Positions 61,349-64,000 of a stretch of 64,000 nt of DNA are shown here, piece after piece (positions within the stretch are counted from its first letter, which is position 1; the number at the start of each line of letters is the position of its first letter). The notes beneath the pieces were generated by a model. It was not told the origin of the DNA, made no database searches, and saw only the letters and a program-made list of their open reading frames with translations. A program made the position numbers and the translations under genes. Source of the DNA: an uncultured virus (IMG/VR IMGVR_UViG_3300020379_000594) (taxonomy: Duplodnaviria > Heunggongvirae > Uroviricota > Caudoviricetes); IMG/VR virus record IMGVR_UViG_3300020379_000594; one strand, 5' to 3'.

Positions 61349-61883
61349 ATTCATCAAGACCTATGAGGTTTTTGATGAATCATTATGCAAATCTATCATA
61401 GAAATATACGAAAACTGTGAGAAAAAACAGAGAGTAGAGAATGGTGGAGTGCCTGATTTTACTCAGGTAAATTTAAACACGGCTGGTAAGTTTGATAAGT
61501 TTGTACAACTATTGTGTTATAAAACTGTAGATGTAATAAAACAATATAAGAAAGATCTACCAGAATATGTGGAGTGGTTTCCTGATAGATTTTTCTTTGA
61601 AGAATTTAGAATCAAAAAGTATGATCCAGGCGATGACCAGTTTGGATTACATACTGATGTTCAAGATCATATGAGTGCAAAGAGATATCTTGCTTTTCTC
61701 TTTTATCTTAATGACGATTTTGTAGGAGGAGAGACTGATTTTCCTTACAATGAATTGACAGTTTCGCCTGAAACTGGTAAAGTGTTAGTATTCCCACCCA
61801 CATGGCAATATCCACACAGAGGATATCCTGTCAAGGGCGGATCACCAAAGTACATCATGAGTACATATCTTCATTATCAATGA
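61341..61883 (+). CDS. 2OG-Fe(II) oxygenase (prolyl-4-hydroxylase-like)
   Basis: HTD...YLND.FVGGETDF...FPP.W.YPH.G...KYI. Confidence 0.85.
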   Translation: MDKFIKTYEVFDESLCKSIIEIYENCEKKQRVENGGVPDFTQVNLNTAGKFDKFVQLLCYKTVDVIKQYKKDLPEYVEWFPDRFFFEEFRIKKYDPGDDQFGLHTDVQDHMSAKRYLAFLFYLNDDFVGGETDFPYNELTVSPETGKVLVFPPTWQYPHRGYPVKGGSPKYIMSTYLHYQ

Positions 61884-63262
61884 TTGAAACTATTGAAAAT
61901 ACGATCATCAAGAATCTCATATTTAATGAGGATTATACTAGGAAGGTATTGCCTTTTCTGAAACCTGATTACTTTGATAAGACAACAGACAAGATTATAT
62001 TTGAAGAGTGTGCAAGGTTCATTGTAGACTATGACAAGTGCCCTACTGTAGAGATCCTCTCCATTGAATGTGAGAAGAGAAAAGATATCAATGATGATAC
62101 CTACAAAGAAATTTTAGATTGCCTGAATCAGACAAGTAAAGAAGATGCAGTAGATGATTGGTTGATAGATACTACAGAGAAGTGGTGTAAAGAAAGAGCA
62201 ATCTATCTTGCACTGGTCGAGAGTATCTCTATTGCAGATGGTCATGACATCAAGAAAGGTGTTGATGCTATCCCTGCTATCCTATCAGATGCACTTGCTG
62301 TTGGGTTTGATAACCATGTTGGACACGATTACCTAGAAGATTATGAGGAGAGATTTGACTTCTACCACAAGAAGGAAGATAGAATCGAGTTTGACCTCGA
62401 ATTTTTCAACAAGATTACAAAGGGTGGCCTTCCAAATAAAACACTCAATATTGCTCTCGCTGGCACTGGTGTTGGTAAGTCTTTGTTTATGTGTCATGTC
62501 GCAAGCAGTGTGTTACTCCAAGGCAAGAACGTATTATACATCACGCTTGAGATGGCTGAGGAGAAGATTGCTGAAAGAATTGATGCTAATCTTTTAAACA
62601 TACCTGTACAACAGTTGACAGAGATTCCTCGTCAGATGTTTGAAACTAAGGTTACTAAATTGTCAGAAAAGACTCAAGGTAATCTTATCATCAAAGAGTA
62701 TCCTACCGCTGCTGCACACTCAGGACATTTCAAAGGTTTGTTGAATGAACTTGCACTTAAAAAGTCTTTCAAACCTGACATTATCTTCATTGATTACTTA
62801 AATATATGTGCATCATCACGTTATAGGGCTGGTTCTAATGTCAACTCATACTCCTACATCAAAGCAATCGCTGAAGAACTTAGAGGCCTTGCAGTCGAAA
62901 CAGATGTTCCCATCGTATCCGCAACTCAAACCACTCGTAGTGGGTATAGTAACAGTGACGTTGATCTTACAGATACCTCTGAGTCATTCGGTCTTCCCGC
63001 TACTGCCGACCTTATGTTTGCTCTTATTTCTACGGAGGAATTAGAGGAAGTAAATCAAATCATGGTCAAACAGTTGAAGAATAGATACAATGATATCAAT
63101 ATGAATAAGAGATTTGTTATTGGTATTGATCGTTCAAAAATGAAACTATTTGATTGTGACCAGAGTGCTCAGGATGATATAGTTGACAGTGGACAGGATG
63201 AGGAGTATAATAATGATGAATCTAAAAAGATTAAAGACAAGTTCGCAACGTTGAAATTCTAA
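61880..63262 (+). CDS. gp41: Replicative helicase gp41
   Basis: AGTGVGKS, LEMAEE, IDYL, SATQTTR, SESFGLPATAD, KNRY. Confidence 0.95.
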   Translation: MIETIENTIIKNLIFNEDYTRKVLPFLKPDYFDKTTDKIIFEECARFIVDYDKCPTVEILSIECEKRKDINDDTYKEILDCLNQTSKEDAVDDWLIDTTEKWCKERAIYLALVESISIADGHDIKKGVDAIPAILSDALAVGFDNHVGHDYLEDYEERFDFYHKKEDRIEFDLEFFNKITKGGLPNKTLNIALAGTGVGKSLFMCHVASSVLLQGKNVLYITLEMAEEKIAERIDANLLNIPVQQLTEIPRQMFETKVTKLSEKTQGNLIIKEYPTAAAHSGHFKGLLNELALKKSFKPDIIFIDYLNICASSRYRAGSNVNSYSYIKAIAEELRGLAVETDVPIVSATQTTRSGYSNSDVDLTDTSESFGLPATADLMFALISTEELEEVNQIMVKQLKNRYNDINMNKRFVIGIDRSKMKLFDCDQSAQDDIVDSGQDEEYNNDESKKIKDKFATLKF

Positions 63263-63666
63263 TGACTATTGATTTTAAAAGGTACGAGACATTCGTAGAT
63301 GCCGTAACCTCTGACGCTTCCAAAGACTTTGTTAATCTCGCTGACCGTATGGTTGAGTTGGATGGACAGGGTGCGAACATTGAAAGACTTTTGACTGCTG
63401 CAGTAGGTATGTCTGCTGAAGCGGGTGAGTTCACTGAGATTGTAAAGAAGATGGTGTTTCAAGGAAAGCCTTGGAATGGTGCAAACAAACATCATCTTGT
63501 AACAGAACTAGGTGATATCATGTGGTATGTTGCAAACGCTTGTATGGCTTTGGACATTTCATTTGATGATGTAATTGCAACCAATGTTAAGAAACTGGAA
63601 AAGAGATACCCAGGCGGTAGTTTTGATGTATTCTATTCTGAGAATAGACAGGAGGGAGACCTCTAA
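63262..63666 (+). CDS. mazG: MazG-like nucleotide pyrophosphohydrolase
   Basis: EAGEF.EIVKK, ELGDIMWY, N..KL.KRYP. Confidence 0.88.
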   Translation: MTIDFKRYETFVDAVTSDASKDFVNLADRMVELDGQGANIERLLTAAVGMSAEAGEFTEIVKKMVFQGKPWNGANKHHLVTELGDIMWYVANACMALDISFDDVIATNVKKLEKRYPGGSFDVFYSENRQEGDL

Positions 63667-63682
63667 ATAGTATCAAAAACTC

Positions 63683-64000
63683 ATGGCTAGAACTGCTGAA
63701 GAAGTATTACAACTAAATCAGATCTTACAAGAGATTAATATTCCTGATAGGGATGTTGAAGTAAAAGGTGCAACTTCTAAACAAGTCACTTATGTTGTGA
63801 AATCTGATGACAGAGATAAAACTAAATCAGATGTAGAAGGACTTCTATCAAGACTAGGCAGAGTTTATAACGAACAGAAATCTATTAGTTCCGTTCCTGT
63901 ATCCTGTGTAAGGATGAGTGACGGAACTATTTTGACGTTTATATACAAGCCCAGAAAGGGTGGTATGTCAATGACAACGTTGAACTCTTCCATGACGGAA
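63683..64000 (+). CDS. Hypothetical protein, 3'-truncated
   Basis: ATG at 63683 after TCTAAATA; open to the window end (MARTAEEVLQLNQ...). Confidence 0.55.
   Translation, partial: MARTAEEVLQLNQILQEINIPDRDVEVKGATSKQVTYVVKSDDRDKTKSDVEGLLSRLGRVYNEQKSISSVPVSCVRMSDGTILTFIYKPRKGGMSMTTLNSSMTE

Overview
A 64 kb segment of a T4-like marine cyanomyovirus. pebS, cobS-like, hsp20, mazG and a manA-like RNA suggest a Prochlorococcus/Synechococcus phage. Left to right: a 5'-truncated repeat-rich fibre protein; three tandem Cys/Gly-rich paralogues; a fibre-assembly chaperone; an 11 kb tailoring-enzyme cluster; the neck/terminase/tail/head module gp13-gp23 and gp3; uvsY/uvsW with a second carbamoyltransferase; gp55, gp47/46, a VWA+AAA pair, pebS, gp45/44/62, regA, hsp20, a structured RNA plus tRNA-Gly, gp43, uvsX, gp41 and mazG. 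The tailoring cluster holds a GT9 heptosyltransferase-like gene, a carbamoyltransferase, a flavin halogenase, split HldE, a HAD phosphatase, a cupin, HldD, a methyltransferase and five 2OG-Fe(II)-type oxygenases. Two signals stand out. (1) The Cys-rich triplet sits next to an apparently self-contained ADP-heptose/carbamoyl/halogenation cassette, a candidate virion-decoration system. (2) Across the window CCWGG occurs almost only as GCCWGG/CCWGGC and no CCGG was seen, which suggests a cytosine-modification/anti-restriction system. All assignments come from motif recognition by eye; no searches were run.
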